64,000 bases of DNA, taken from contig JBMYRG010000013.1 in NCBI GenBank assembly GCA_049602055.1, forward strand, positions 12,384 through 76,383. The letters run 5' to 3'. The notes under the pieces were generated by a model, which was not told where the DNA came from, made no database searches, and saw nothing but the letters and a program-made list of their open reading frames with translations. This document shows, piece after piece, positions 9,327 to 18,754 of the stretch. Numbering within the stretch: position 1 is the first letter of the stretch; each line of letters starts with the position of its first letter. Source of the DNA: Alphaproteobacteria bacterium. Its GTDB lineage: Bacteria > Pseudomonadota > Alphaproteobacteria > MPNO01 > UBA2964. Made by a program: the position numbers and the translations under genes.

Positions 9327-10871
9327 TTACCCCCAGGGTTCAAGGGCAGCCGCCTGTTTTCCCGCAATTTGGCCCGTCACAAGACACTCTGCGAGATTGC
9401 CGCCAGACATATAGAGATGCCCCCAGGCACTACCCATTTCACCCGCCGCGTAAAGGCGCGGAATGGGATTGTCCTCCACATCGATAATGCGTTGCTGCGC
9501 ATCATGTTCCGGGCCACCCTGGGTATTTGAGACCACCGGCCAGACTTGCCCGGCATAGAATGGCGCACGCTGAATTTTCATCATCGTGCCGGACGGGCGC
9601 CCGAAATCGACATCGTTCTTGGTGGAGCAGAGTTCATTCCATCGGGCCAGTGTCGCTTCAAGCTCACCTGCTTCCATATCGATCATCGCCGCCAACTCAG
9701 CGATTGAATCCGCCTTTTTGATCAGTCCGGACTCGATCTCCTGCATATTGTCGAGGCTCCAGTCATAATGGGCATCGGGATCATTCCGGGTCGGCGCACC
9801 AACCCGATAACGTCGGCGACCAACCTCATCGAAAATCACGTAGGACGGAATACGCGGAAATTCCTGTGTCACGGGATCGAAATGTTCCATCGGCCGGTGC
9901 GACGTATCCTGGGTATAAGGTGGGTTCTCGTTCATATAGCGCTTGCCGAACTTATCGACGACGATCCACGTCATCTGAACAACGGCGGTTTGCTCGCGAC
10001 CGGGAATCCAGTCCGGCAGACGCTTCATACGAATAGCGTAAGGATATTCGGGATGCTCAAACCCGTATGATCCATGATAGTGCCACATATGCCAAAGCCG
10101 GGCGCCAAGCTCCTGCGCCATACGGATACCATCACCAGTGTTTGAATTCGTCGTCGCCGCGAGGACCGGCTTCATTTGCCAGTACTGCCGCTTCATTTCT
10201 TCGTTTGCTTCAAAGCCACCGCAGCAAAGGATCACGGCTTTGCTGGCCTTCACAGTCCGAACACCGCCGGTTGTCTGGATAACGGCGCCCTGAACTTCGC
10301 GTGTGCCATCGGTTTTATAAATCAGTCTCTGAACCGGCGCTTCGAGCCAGATATCGATATCCCGCAACGCGACATTGTCTTCCAGAGTTTTAAACACCCG
10401 AGCCCCGCCGGGAGCGCCCCGGACATGCGGGTAGTGACTATCAGGGTCAAAGTTCGGGATTTCCTCAATCAGCGTTTGGTAGAACGTGTCATATCCTTCA
10501 AACGGGTAGTTCGCGACCTTCTGACGCGGATTTACGATGGCCCCATTGGCTTCTGCCAGCTTCCGCATATAGGCCTCGATATTGGCCATCCCGTCGGCAA
10601 GGGCGCGGTTCACGGATGACGGTGTGCGCCCACCATTCGTCGCTTCGAGATATTTAAAGGCCTGATCTGCGTCATGCGCCGAGCGCATCGCACCGTAAGA
10701 GCAAACAGAAATACCCCCGGGATTGGCCATTTTATCGACCAGCAGAACTTTCGCACCGGCATCAAACGCCTCAATCGCCGCTATGCCGCCGGAATAGCCA
10801 TATCCAACGACAATTACGTCATATTCGGCGTCGAAATTGACAGTCTCGTTGGTAGCCGAATTGTCTGCCAT
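9327..10871 (-). CDS. FAD-dependent dehydrogenase (FAD_binding_2; fumarate reductase / 3-ketosteroid dehydrogenase-like flavoprotein)
   Basis: The N-terminus has the dinucleotide-binding motif 'YDVIVVGYGYSGGIAAIEA...AKVLLVDK'. The C-terminus has 'LYAAGEMGS...GGNLAECLVTG', typical of this flavoprotein family. Length is 514 aa. Confidence 0.8.
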   Translation of the reverse strand: MADNSATNETVNFDAEYDVIVVGYGYSGGIAAIEAFDAGAKVLLVDKMANPGGISVCSYGAMRSAHDADQAFKYLEATNGGRTPSSVNRALADGMANIEAYMRKLAEANGAIVNPRQKVANYPFEGYDTFYQTLIEEIPNFDPDSHYPHVRGAPGGARVFKTLEDNVALRDIDIWLEAPVQRLIYKTDGTREVQGAVIQTTGGVRTVKASKAVILCCGGFEANEEMKRQYWQMKPVLAATTNSNTGDGIRMAQELGARLWHMWHYHGSYGFEHPEYPYAIRMKRLPDWIPGREQTAVVQMTWIVVDKFGKRYMNENPPYTQDTSHRPMEHFDPVTQEFPRIPSYVIFDEVGRRRYRVGAPTRNDPDAHYDWSLDNMQEIESGLIKKADSIAELAAMIDMEAGELEATLARWNELCSTKNDVDFGRPSGTMMKIQRAPFYAGQVWPVVSNTQGGPEHDAQQRIIDVEDNPIPRLYAAGEMGSAWGHLYMSGGNLAECLVTGQIAGKQAAALEPWG

Positions 10872-10972
10872 GATCCCTCACCTGCTCGATTTTTTTGTGA
10901 AACGCATTTTGCCTCAGCCTCTATAGCCGCGCAACTGCACGACGCTGCCTCGCATCAGATGGATCTTTGGCT

Positions 10973-11938
10973 TTATTCAGCAGACGCTAGCTGCGGTCGT
11001 GATTCATTGTAGCGCTGTGTCGAATGCTCACCGGCAGTACAAGGCGGAAACATCGGCGTATCGCCGGGCGTTATACATGTCGGGAGGCATTCAACATGTG
11101 TGTCATGTACGTGATTGAAAAACAGCACTATCGAATGACGATTTTTCTGAGAACGATTGTTCATAACGCGATGGAGGCTCGAATGATACTGACCATTGGT
11201 CCAGCGCAACATGATATCACCGAGATTCACCACAAATGTCCCCGGAATAGGCTCAACCCTTACCCATTCGCCGGAAGCTGTTTCAACTTCGAGCCCGCCC
11301 AGCGAGTCCTGGGACAAGAGTGTGATCCAGCCCCAGTCCGTATGGGCCCCACACCCGAGTTGGTTAAACTCCGTTTCTGCAGGATGAGGCGGATATCGCA
11401 GAATGCGAAGTGGCGATTTTTGTTGCGCGAAGGTGTCATCAAAATGATCGAACGGCATCCCAAGTGACAGAGAGATTAACCGCGACACCTGCAAACCCGC
11501 CTGCCAGACGGCTTCTTTATAGGCTTCAAGTCTTTCGCGAAAACCTGGAAAATCCTCCGGCCAAATATTGGCCTTATAGCCTGGAGTCCCCGGAATATTG
11601 CCCATGGTAAAATTGAAAGACTCTTTGATATCACCGGGCGATTCATTATCCAGACGTTGTGTTTCAGGAGGTTCGTAACCGTTTGAAAAACCTTGTTTTA
11701 TCCACTTTTCTTTCCAGCTATCCGGCTCATCAAAAAACCTGTTGGCCTCCGCAAAAGCGCCATCGATAAGTGTTTGATCAACCCCATGGTTGGAAATATA
11801 GAAAAATCCGGTATTCCGACAGGCTGCTTTAATTTCAGCAGCTATTGCTTCCCGAGCGGTGGGATCACCGGAAAAACTTGGGCCAATATCAATAACCGGA
11901 AGATCGCCTGCCTTCTTGGGCTCGGAGTAGATGATCAT
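10973..11938 (-). CDS. 2OG-Fe(II) oxygenase, isopenicillin-N-synthase-like (DIOX_N plus 2OG-FeII_Oxy)
   Basis: N-terminal 'LPVIDIGP...' box, then the 'HTDWGWITLL...LEV' HxD...H triad region, and the C-terminal RxS motif region. Length is 321 aa. Confidence 0.75.
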   Translation of the reverse strand: MIIYSEPKKAGDLPVIDIGPSFSGDPTAREAIAAEIKAACRNTGFFYISNHGVDQTLIDGAFAEANRFFDEPDSWKEKWIKQGFSNGYEPPETQRLDNESPGDIKESFNFTMGNIPGTPGYKANIWPEDFPGFRERLEAYKEAVWQAGLQVSRLISLSLGMPFDHFDDTFAQQKSPLRILRYPPHPAETEFNQLGCGAHTDWGWITLLSQDSLGGLEVETASGEWVRVEPIPGTFVVNLGDIMLRWTNGQYHSSLHRVMNNRSQKNRHSIVLFFNHVHDTHVECLPTCITPGDTPMFPPCTAGEHSTQRYNESRPQLASAE

Positions 11939-11949
11939 CTGTCAGCTCC

Positions 11950-12963
11950 TCATTCCTGATATGGTATACCCGCCGCCTGCATCGCTTTCATCTGCGACCA
12001 CGTATCCCTGATCCATTGCCCACAGGCTGCATTTTGTTCAAGCAGAGAAAATTTCGCGCCCATGCCGTAATCCGACGTCGCGATCATTTCCGTAATCACA
12101 TATTGCAGCGGACTGGTTTCATGGGTGAGATGATAGCGCAGAATTTTGCGAAAAGCTTCCTTGCAGACATCCAACTTGTAAGCTGACCATGGGGAATGCC
12201 ATTCACCTGGCGCGGGCTTCGTAAAGGGATACATAATCCCGCGGGGCCTTGAACCATCCGGGTTTGTCCCCCAGATATTTCGAGGGTTGTTGGGAATGAC
12301 CGGTCGGAACTGAGCAAAATGGACGGCATCCAACGCCATCCATTCTTCACAAAGATTGCCGGGCTCATAGGGATCCAGAACGATCCGCCCCTCTTCGACA
12401 TCCTCGCGAACATCAGAGACTTCCTGCTGCTCAGGATTGTCAATTTTGAAAATCACATGGCTGTAATCGACGGTAAAATGGAAGGGGATTCCACGCGCCT
12501 GAACCGCCTGCACGATTGGTGTCACGCGCTTGTATTTTTCACTCCAGCAATCGACATGCAGCTCAAAACTGAGGGCGACCCCAACGGAATCGCCTATCTC
12601 CGCCGTTCGGATGTAGGTATCGATAATTTCATCATCCGTCAGCTCATGCCCATCTGCCGCGTAGGTACCAAGCATAATATTAAGCATTTTTACGTCGGCC
12701 CGCGCGGCATCCTGCATTCTTTCAGCGAGCAATTCGTCATTGCGGCCAAGCTGGTGAATATAATTTCCCGTCAGCATCGGAATGTCAGTTTTTTCCGCAG
12801 CAGAAACAGCGTCTTTCAACTGATCCGGTTGCGGCAGCCAGTTGATGTAATCAAAAACCCCGGTATCCCGCACCATCCTGAACCGTTCTAACGGTTCGAC
12901 TACAACATCAGCCTGCAGGATATTGTAGGTACACCCGAGTTGAAAATCGGCAGCCATGATCAT
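11950..12963 (-). CDS. Hypothetical protein, possibly a xylose-isomerase-like TIM-barrel (sugar-phosphate isomerase/epimerase) fold
   Basis: 337 aa ORF with acidic/His-rich segments ('FELHVDCWSE', 'FHFTVDYSHV'), reminiscent of metal-dependent TIM-barrel enzymes. This is weak. Confidence 0.35.
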   Translation of the reverse strand: MIMAADFQLGCTYNILQADVVVEPLERFRMVRDTGVFDYINWLPQPDQLKDAVSAAEKTDIPMLTGNYIHQLGRNDELLAERMQDAARADVKMLNIMLGTYAADGHELTDDEIIDTYIRTAEIGDSVGVALSFELHVDCWSEKYKRVTPIVQAVQARGIPFHFTVDYSHVIFKIDNPEQQEVSDVREDVEEGRIVLDPYEPGNLCEEWMALDAVHFAQFRPVIPNNPRNIWGTNPDGSRPRGIMYPFTKPAPGEWHSPWSAYKLDVCKEAFRKILRYHLTHETSPLQYVITEMIATSDYGMGAKFSLLEQNAACGQWIRDTWSQMKAMQAAGIPYQE

Positions 12964-13109
12964 CTCGCCTCTTCAGGAACGGTAAAGCTGACAGGTTGGT
13001 GATCTAAAAATTCATTGTCAATCGTCCCTATTCCTGGTTCTCGCGCGGCTACCCTTGCCCGCCCGGCATCGCCATGTGAAAATCCGCCAACTGTTTTGGA
13101 GGATAGAAA

Positions 13110-14588
13110 ATGAGTGCGGCGTCAGGAAGTAACATTGCAGGTCAAATTGCCTATGAAGATTTGCGCGAATGGTTGGTCTTAGCCGACCGTCTTGGCGAGG
13201 TAGAATATGTAAAGGGTGCCAACTGGCAGGAAGATATCGGCCTTGCTGCAGAAGCTGTACTACGTGAGGAGAATGGCCCCTGCGTTGTATTTGAAGATGT
13301 CGAAGGATGCCCCAAGGGTTTCCGCATGCTAATGAACATGTTCGCCGGTACGCGGCGAAATATGACGCTGGGTTTTCCGGAACATCTGACCAAATGGGAA
13401 CTTTCCAACGCTTATCGTGAAAACTATCTCATCGATCCGAAAGTCATCAAACATGAGATCGTCGATGATGGCCCCGTTTTTGAGAACATCCTGACGGGCG
13501 ACGATATTGACGTCACCAAATTTCCGGCCCCCGTCTGGCATGAGAATGATGGCGGACGCTATATCGGTACCGGCACCTACAGCGTAACACGCGACCCCGA
13601 AGAAGGCTGGCTCAATGCCGGCGCTTATCGGGCGCAGGTTCATGGCCCGAAAGAAGTCGGTTTCCTGACGGCACGTGGACATCACGGCTATATCCACCGC
13701 GAGAAATACAAGGCGCAGGGCAAAAAGATGCCGGTCTGCATGGTTCTAGGCGGTGATCCGCTAGCCTTCTATTTCGGTGGTACCGAAGCACCCTACGGTG
13801 CCTTTGAGCTCGATATCGTCGGGGGCCTGCGCGGCAAACCCTTGCAGCTTGTTGAAGGTAAAGTCACTGGCCTGCCCTTCCCCGCCAATGCCGAAATCGT
13901 GCTGGAAGGTTATGTCGATCCGCAGGAAACCATTATCGAAGGGCCTTTTGGCGAATGGACCGGCCATTATGCTGGCGGCAAGGAACCGCGGACGGTTCTC
14001 CGCATTGAAGCCATTTATCACCGAAACGACCCCATCCTGCTCGGCGTACCGCCGATGGGCCAAGGCCCGGATGAACTGGCGCGCTATCGTGCTGTGATGC
14101 GCTCTGCGATGCTTAAACAAAATATTATTGATGCCGGTGTACCGGACATCCAGCAGGTCTGGTGCCACGAAACCGGCGGCTCCCGGATGCTCCATGGGGT
14201 GTCGATTAAACAACGTTATCCCGGTCATTCACGTCAGGCTGGTCAAATCGCGGCGCAGTGTCGTGCAGCCGCCTATGCCTCAAAATATGTCATCGTGACG
14301 GATGAAGATGTCGATGTGACACGACTCGACCAACTTATCTGGGCTATGATGGTCAGGACCGACCCCAAGCGGTCAATCGACTTTATCAGCGGCGCCTGGG
14401 ATTCCCCCGCCGACCCCATGCTGACACCAGAGCAACGGGCCGTTGGCGATATGACCCATTCCGTCGCCATCATTGATGCGTGCCGTCCGTTCGAATGGAT
14501 GGACCAGTTTCCGATGTCAAACGCCCCAAGCCCGGAAGTGGCACGAAAGGCAGAAGAAAAGTTTGGCTATCTGATGAAGAACCGCTAG
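13110..14588 (+). CDS. UbiD-family (prenylated-FMN-dependent) decarboxylase, paralog A
   Basis: 492 aa protein with the UbiD hallmark layout: an N-terminal 'LREWL..A..LGE' box, then '..DGGRYIGTG..VTRDPE..W.N.G.YR.QV', and the conserved E(x)nE cofactor region. About 50% identical to the ORF at 24469..25962. Confidence 0.85.
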   Translation: MSAASGSNIAGQIAYEDLREWLVLADRLGEVEYVKGANWQEDIGLAAEAVLREENGPCVVFEDVEGCPKGFRMLMNMFAGTRRNMTLGFPEHLTKWELSNAYRENYLIDPKVIKHEIVDDGPVFENILTGDDIDVTKFPAPVWHENDGGRYIGTGTYSVTRDPEEGWLNAGAYRAQVHGPKEVGFLTARGHHGYIHREKYKAQGKKMPVCMVLGGDPLAFYFGGTEAPYGAFELDIVGGLRGKPLQLVEGKVTGLPFPANAEIVLEGYVDPQETIIEGPFGEWTGHYAGGKEPRTVLRIEAIYHRNDPILLGVPPMGQGPDELARYRAVMRSAMLKQNIIDAGVPDIQQVWCHETGGSRMLHGVSIKQRYPGHSRQAGQIAAQCRAAAYASKYVIVTDEDVDVTRLDQLIWAMMVRTDPKRSIDFISGAWDSPADPMLTPEQRAVGDMTHSVAIIDACRPFEWMDQFPMSNAPSPEVARKAEEKFGYLMKNR

Positions 14589-14606
14589 GTACCGGATTAG
14601 GGTAGT

Positions 14607-16157
14607 ATGGTCGACACGCTAGAACCGACCGGAATACTGCCTGACGATTACCTTTCCTTAGCGGATCAAATTGCGCAAAACGCCTGTAATCAGGGGGATA
14701 CACCTGCATTCATCTCTGTCGATACTGGTGAAACTATAGGCTGGGAAGAGCTTTCCTTATGGACCGCTCGTCTTGCGCACTTTCTGCACAACAAAGATAT
14801 TCACAGCAATCACAAAATCGTCGTCCTCGGCGAGAACTCGCTTGAGCACTTAATTCTCTACTACGGTATCCAGGCCTATGGCGCGACCTACTGCACCATT
14901 AATACCGAAATAAACCAGAACCATCTCGTCGAGATGCTTGCCCGGATCGAACCAACACTGATCCTATGGCACCAGGACCTCAATCGGCATGCCATTGGCA
15001 ACGGGACAGTCGGAGAATGGGTTTCCTTTAACGACAGAACCCTCGATACGGGGCTATTTGCCAATCTATCTCGACTCGATCCCGAAAACCCGCCCAACAC
15101 CGGGAATGATAAAGAGGATCGTTGCGTCATCTGTTTTACGTCGGGAACATCAGCGCAGCCCAAAGGTGTGTTGCATAGCTTCAGTAACTATCAAGCCATC
15201 GCGCAACACCAGCTCGACCGCTGGTCTTTAACAAGCGACGATCGAATTCTGGAGTTTCGGTCTATTAGCTGGGCCTCAGCGCATATGATTTCGCTTAATC
15301 CCGCGATGCTTTCGGGGGCGACTCTTCTATTCGCAAAAAACTTTTCGCGCTCACGCTTTGTCAGCTGGATCGAGGCTCACCAACCCACCATCATTGTCGC
15401 GGTCCCGACGGTCGTGAATATGTTGCTGGAACAACCGATTCAAAACGGCAAAGAGGTGTTTGCCAGTGTGCGGTTTGTATCCTGTAGTACCGCGCCTCTC
15501 ATGCCCGATGCTCACCGGCGGTTTGAAGATATCTACGGAGTAGAACTGGTCCAGCTTTATGGCATGAGTGAAGGCGGCATCGTCGCGGCAAATGCCCCTG
15601 GCACTCGCGTCATCGGCAGTGTCGGGACTGCAGGAATGTATCAAAACATCACGATCCGTGATGATGCAGGCAATCCGTTACCGCCCGGCGACATCGGTGA
15701 TATCGAGACCGTCAGCGCGCAACACGCCCAGGCCTATCTCCATGCCGGTGGCGACATAGAGGTCATAAGAGGGAAACCCCTGAAAACCGGCGATCTCGGT
15801 TATCTGGACGAAGACGGTTTTCTACGCATCACCGGCCGCGCAAAGGATGTCGTCATCCGGGGTGGCGTCAATATATCACCGCTCGAGATCGACGCCTTAA
15901 TATCTCGACACCCCAATGTCCTTGAGGCTGTAACGTTTGGAATTCCCGACGCGGTCTACGGCGAAAATCTCGTAAGTTGGGTAACGGTAACAACCGATTC
16001 AAATCTCAGCGCCGATGACCTGACAGTCTATTGCATCGCAAACCTTCCGGAAGCAAAGCGACCGAAAACAATTACAATTGTCGGAGAAATCCCAAAGAAC
16101 AGTCGGGGAAAAATTGACCGCAATGCCGCCAAAGAGCTTTGGCAGGCTGCGCAGTAA
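14607..16157 (+). CDS. AMP-dependent synthetase/ligase (acyl- or aryl-CoA ligase, ANL superfamily)
   Basis: AMP-binding P-loop 'FTSGTSAQPKGV', 'YGMSEGG', 'GDLGYLDEDGFLRITGRAKD', and a C-terminal 'PKNSRGKIDR'. Length is 516 aa. Confidence 0.85.
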   Translation: MVDTLEPTGILPDDYLSLADQIAQNACNQGDTPAFISVDTGETIGWEELSLWTARLAHFLHNKDIHSNHKIVVLGENSLEHLILYYGIQAYGATYCTINTEINQNHLVEMLARIEPTLILWHQDLNRHAIGNGTVGEWVSFNDRTLDTGLFANLSRLDPENPPNTGNDKEDRCVICFTSGTSAQPKGVLHSFSNYQAIAQHQLDRWSLTSDDRILEFRSISWASAHMISLNPAMLSGATLLFAKNFSRSRFVSWIEAHQPTIIVAVPTVVNMLLEQPIQNGKEVFASVRFVSCSTAPLMPDAHRRFEDIYGVELVQLYGMSEGGIVAANAPGTRVIGSVGTAGMYQNITIRDDAGNPLPPGDIGDIETVSAQHAQAYLHAGGDIEVIRGKPLKTGDLGYLDEDGFLRITGRAKDVVIRGGVNISPLEIDALISRHPNVLEAVTFGIPDAVYGENLVSWVTVTTDSNLSADDLTVYCIANLPEAKRPKTITIVGEIPKNSRGKIDRNAAKELWQAAQ

Positions 16158-16168
16158 GGAACACAAAA

Positions 16169-16951
16169 ATGTCTGACAACAATACCTACGCTGAATACGA
16201 CAACTTCATGGGACGCTGGAGCCGTCAAGTGGCGAGCCAATTCCTTGATTGGATTCAGCCCGGGCAGAATTTAAGTTGGCTCGACGTCGGTTGCGGTGCC
16301 GGAATGTTGGCGCAAACTGTCGCCAGAAATTGCGCGCCCTCGATTGTCACTGGAGCCGACCCTCTGGAAAAATCCATTACTGCCGCAAAACAACACCCGG
16401 ATAACAAGGGTATTCGATTTGAGGTTGGCGATGCTCAAGATCTGCCGTTCGAGGATTCCACGTTCGATGCGGTCGTTTCGGGCCTCATGATCAAATTCGT
16501 ACCCAACAAAGTAAAAGCAATTGGCGAGATGAAACGCGTGGCCCGTCCCGGTAGCGTCATTGCCCTCTATGACTGGGATATGGATAGCAACATGAACACG
16601 ACGCGGCACTTCTGGGGAGCTGTTGCAGACATCATCCCAGAGCGTATGGAGGATCGGGCCACCAACCGAACACCAATGACCGAAATCGATTCAATTGCCC
16701 AAATATTTGAAGCGGCAAGCGTAACGAAAGTTCAGCAAAACACCATTTCCTTTACGACCCAGTTCCGGGATCTCGAAGATTACTGGCAACCAATTACCAA
16801 AAACTCACAAAATGTCGGCCGATTTTACCAAACGATGACGGAAGATCAGCGTAATGCCGTCCGCGAGCGGCTAAAACAAACCCTGCCCTTCGCCAAAGAC
16901 GGCTCTATTTCCTTTGAAAGCCGCGCTGTTGCGGTAAAAGGTCTCGCCTAG
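16169..16951 (+). CDS. Class I SAM-dependent methyltransferase
   Basis: Motif 'LDVGCGAGMLAQ'. The start is set at MSDNNTY (16169), which has a GGAA RBS. The upstream ATG at 16139 would overlap the ligase gene. Confidence 0.75.
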   Translation: MSDNNTYAEYDNFMGRWSRQVASQFLDWIQPGQNLSWLDVGCGAGMLAQTVARNCAPSIVTGADPLEKSITAAKQHPDNKGIRFEVGDAQDLPFEDSTFDAVVSGLMIKFVPNKVKAIGEMKRVARPGSVIALYDWDMDSNMNTTRHFWGAVADIIPERMEDRATNRTPMTEIDSIAQIFEAASVTKVQQNTISFTTQFRDLEDYWQPITKNSQNVGRFYQTMTEDQRNAVRERLKQTLPFAKDGSISFESRAVAVKGLA

Positions 16952-18754
16952 CTAACGCCGTGCGTCTGCCAGTGCCTGCGCATCGTCATAAGACGTTTGT
17001 ACATTGAGGACTGCCTGACGCTTTTCAATATCCACCGCCTTCAAGGCCCGTTCGAGGGCACCTGGAAGGTCTTCCGCGTTATCGACCCGTTCACCATAGC
17101 CGCCATTGGCTTCAACAACCTTTTCGAAATCCGGGTTGGGTTCAAGGGCCGTCAACGGCGAACGATTCAGTCGAGAAGCAGCACCGTCCGGGTGAAGTCC
17201 GAGTGTCGATTTCCGGACGGAGCCCCACATACGGTTGTTAAGAATAATAGTGCAGATCGGTAATTCCATCGAAGCACCAACGAAATGTGCCGGCGTTGGG
17301 TTGCCAAACATATAGGAACCGTCGCCCGCTACGTTAAAGACGCGCCGAGAACGATCACCGAGCTGTAAGCCAAGTGCTGCTCCATTCCCCCAACCAAGGC
17401 CACCGGCAGGGCTGGTGCCGAAGACAGTTCCAGGTTTCCGGGAACCCAGGAAGCCGACCGGTAATTGTGACTCGCTCACAAGTGCATCGTCTTCGTTCAT
17501 AACCTGGCCGATACAATGGGCGACCCATGGATACTCCATCGGACCGCCGACAGATTGACGTTCCAACAGCGCTTTTTGCGTTTCCGCCAATGCTGCCTTT
17601 TGTGCTGCGACTTCCTTTCGGGTTGCGCCAATGCGATCTGCGTTTTCGGTCATTGCCGCCGATAGCGCCCGCAAAGTAGATGCCGGATCACCGGCCAATG
17701 TCAGATCACTCCGGAACCCCCGTATCGGATAGTTGGTGAATAGAGGATCAACCCCGGCCTGGATCACTTGCGCTTCAGGGGAAATTTTATGCAGGCTCGG
17801 AATCCACGGCACATCGGATTCCAGCGTTAAAATAACATCGGCTGTCGCAAGCCGTTCGGCAGGCTCAAACCCGACATGCATCGGATGGTCAGTTGGCAAG
17901 TTTACGTAGCGCGGGCGGTAGCAAATGACGGGAATGGCAAAACGTTCTGCAAGTGCTTCCAGCGATGCAACATCTTCTGGATGTTGTCCAAAAGAAGAAG
18001 AAATAATCAGCGGATTCTTTGCTTTACTCAGCATATCCGCTGCCTGATCAATCGAGTTCGGATGTGGTACACCCGCCCGTGAAGCATTTCTCACCGTTGG
18101 GCTATCAAAAGTGAAGTCGCCAGGGTTTTCCGCCAGCATCTCGCGGGGTAGGGTCAAATAAACAGGTCCGCGCGGTTCCGACATCGCAACGGTCAGCGCC
18201 CGGTCAACCACGGTTTCAAGCTGTTCAAGATTACGCAGTTCATAATCCCATTTTACTAACTCGCGGACCATGCCTGCCTGATCAAACATTTCCTGGGCCC
18301 AATGAATGTAAATACTGCGGGCGCCAGGCAACCCTTCTTCTGTAACGGGTGTCCTACCCGCAGAGAACAACATGGGAATACGCTCACGTGCTGCATTCAT
18401 GATGCCACAAACACCGTTCGCGGTACCGACGGTTACATGCAACATCACAGCCTGCGGACGTCCGGTGGCCAGGTAATAACCATGGGCCATGGCAACCGCG
18501 ACATTTTCATGCGGCACTGTGACAGGAGTCGGCGCTTTCGCTTCACCGAGCTGTGCCTTGGACAGCGCTTCAATCACAGATGCAAAATCTGTTCCCGCAT
18601 TACCAAAAAGATAGTCGACACCTCGGTCGGCAAGTAGTGTGAGATAGGCTTCGGCAGTGGTATCCGCCTTAATCGTTTGTTTTCCCAATGTGGGTCTCCC
18701 CGAATCCGGTTTTGGTTTAAGACCAGTATCGCCCACGATGCAGTGATTGCACAC
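16952..18754 (-). CDS. Thiamine-pyrophosphate-dependent enzyme (acetolactate synthase / benzoylformate decarboxylase-like)
   Basis: N-terminal TPP Pyr domain 'YLFGNAGTDF', and a C-terminal TPP-binding motif 'GDGSYMFGNPTPAH...N'. The ORF is 600 aa. The true start is probably an alternative start codon downstream of 18754. Confidence 0.75.
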   Translation of the reverse strand: MCNHCIVGDTGLKPKPDSGRPTLGKQTIKADTTAEAYLTLLADRGVDYLFGNAGTDFASVIEALSKAQLGEAKAPTPVTVPHENVAVAMAHGYYLATGRPQAVMLHVTVGTANGVCGIMNAARERIPMLFSAGRTPVTEEGLPGARSIYIHWAQEMFDQAGMVRELVKWDYELRNLEQLETVVDRALTVAMSEPRGPVYLTLPREMLAENPGDFTFDSPTVRNASRAGVPHPNSIDQAADMLSKAKNPLIISSSFGQHPEDVASLEALAERFAIPVICYRPRYVNLPTDHPMHVGFEPAERLATADVILTLESDVPWIPSLHKISPEAQVIQAGVDPLFTNYPIRGFRSDLTLAGDPASTLRALSAAMTENADRIGATRKEVAAQKAALAETQKALLERQSVGGPMEYPWVAHCIGQVMNEDDALVSESQLPVGFLGSRKPGTVFGTSPAGGLGWGNGAALGLQLGDRSRRVFNVAGDGSYMFGNPTPAHFVGASMELPICTIILNNRMWGSVRKSTLGLHPDGAASRLNRSPLTALEPNPDFEKVVEANGGYGERVDNAEDLPGALERALKAVDIEKRQAVLNVQTSYDDAQALADARR

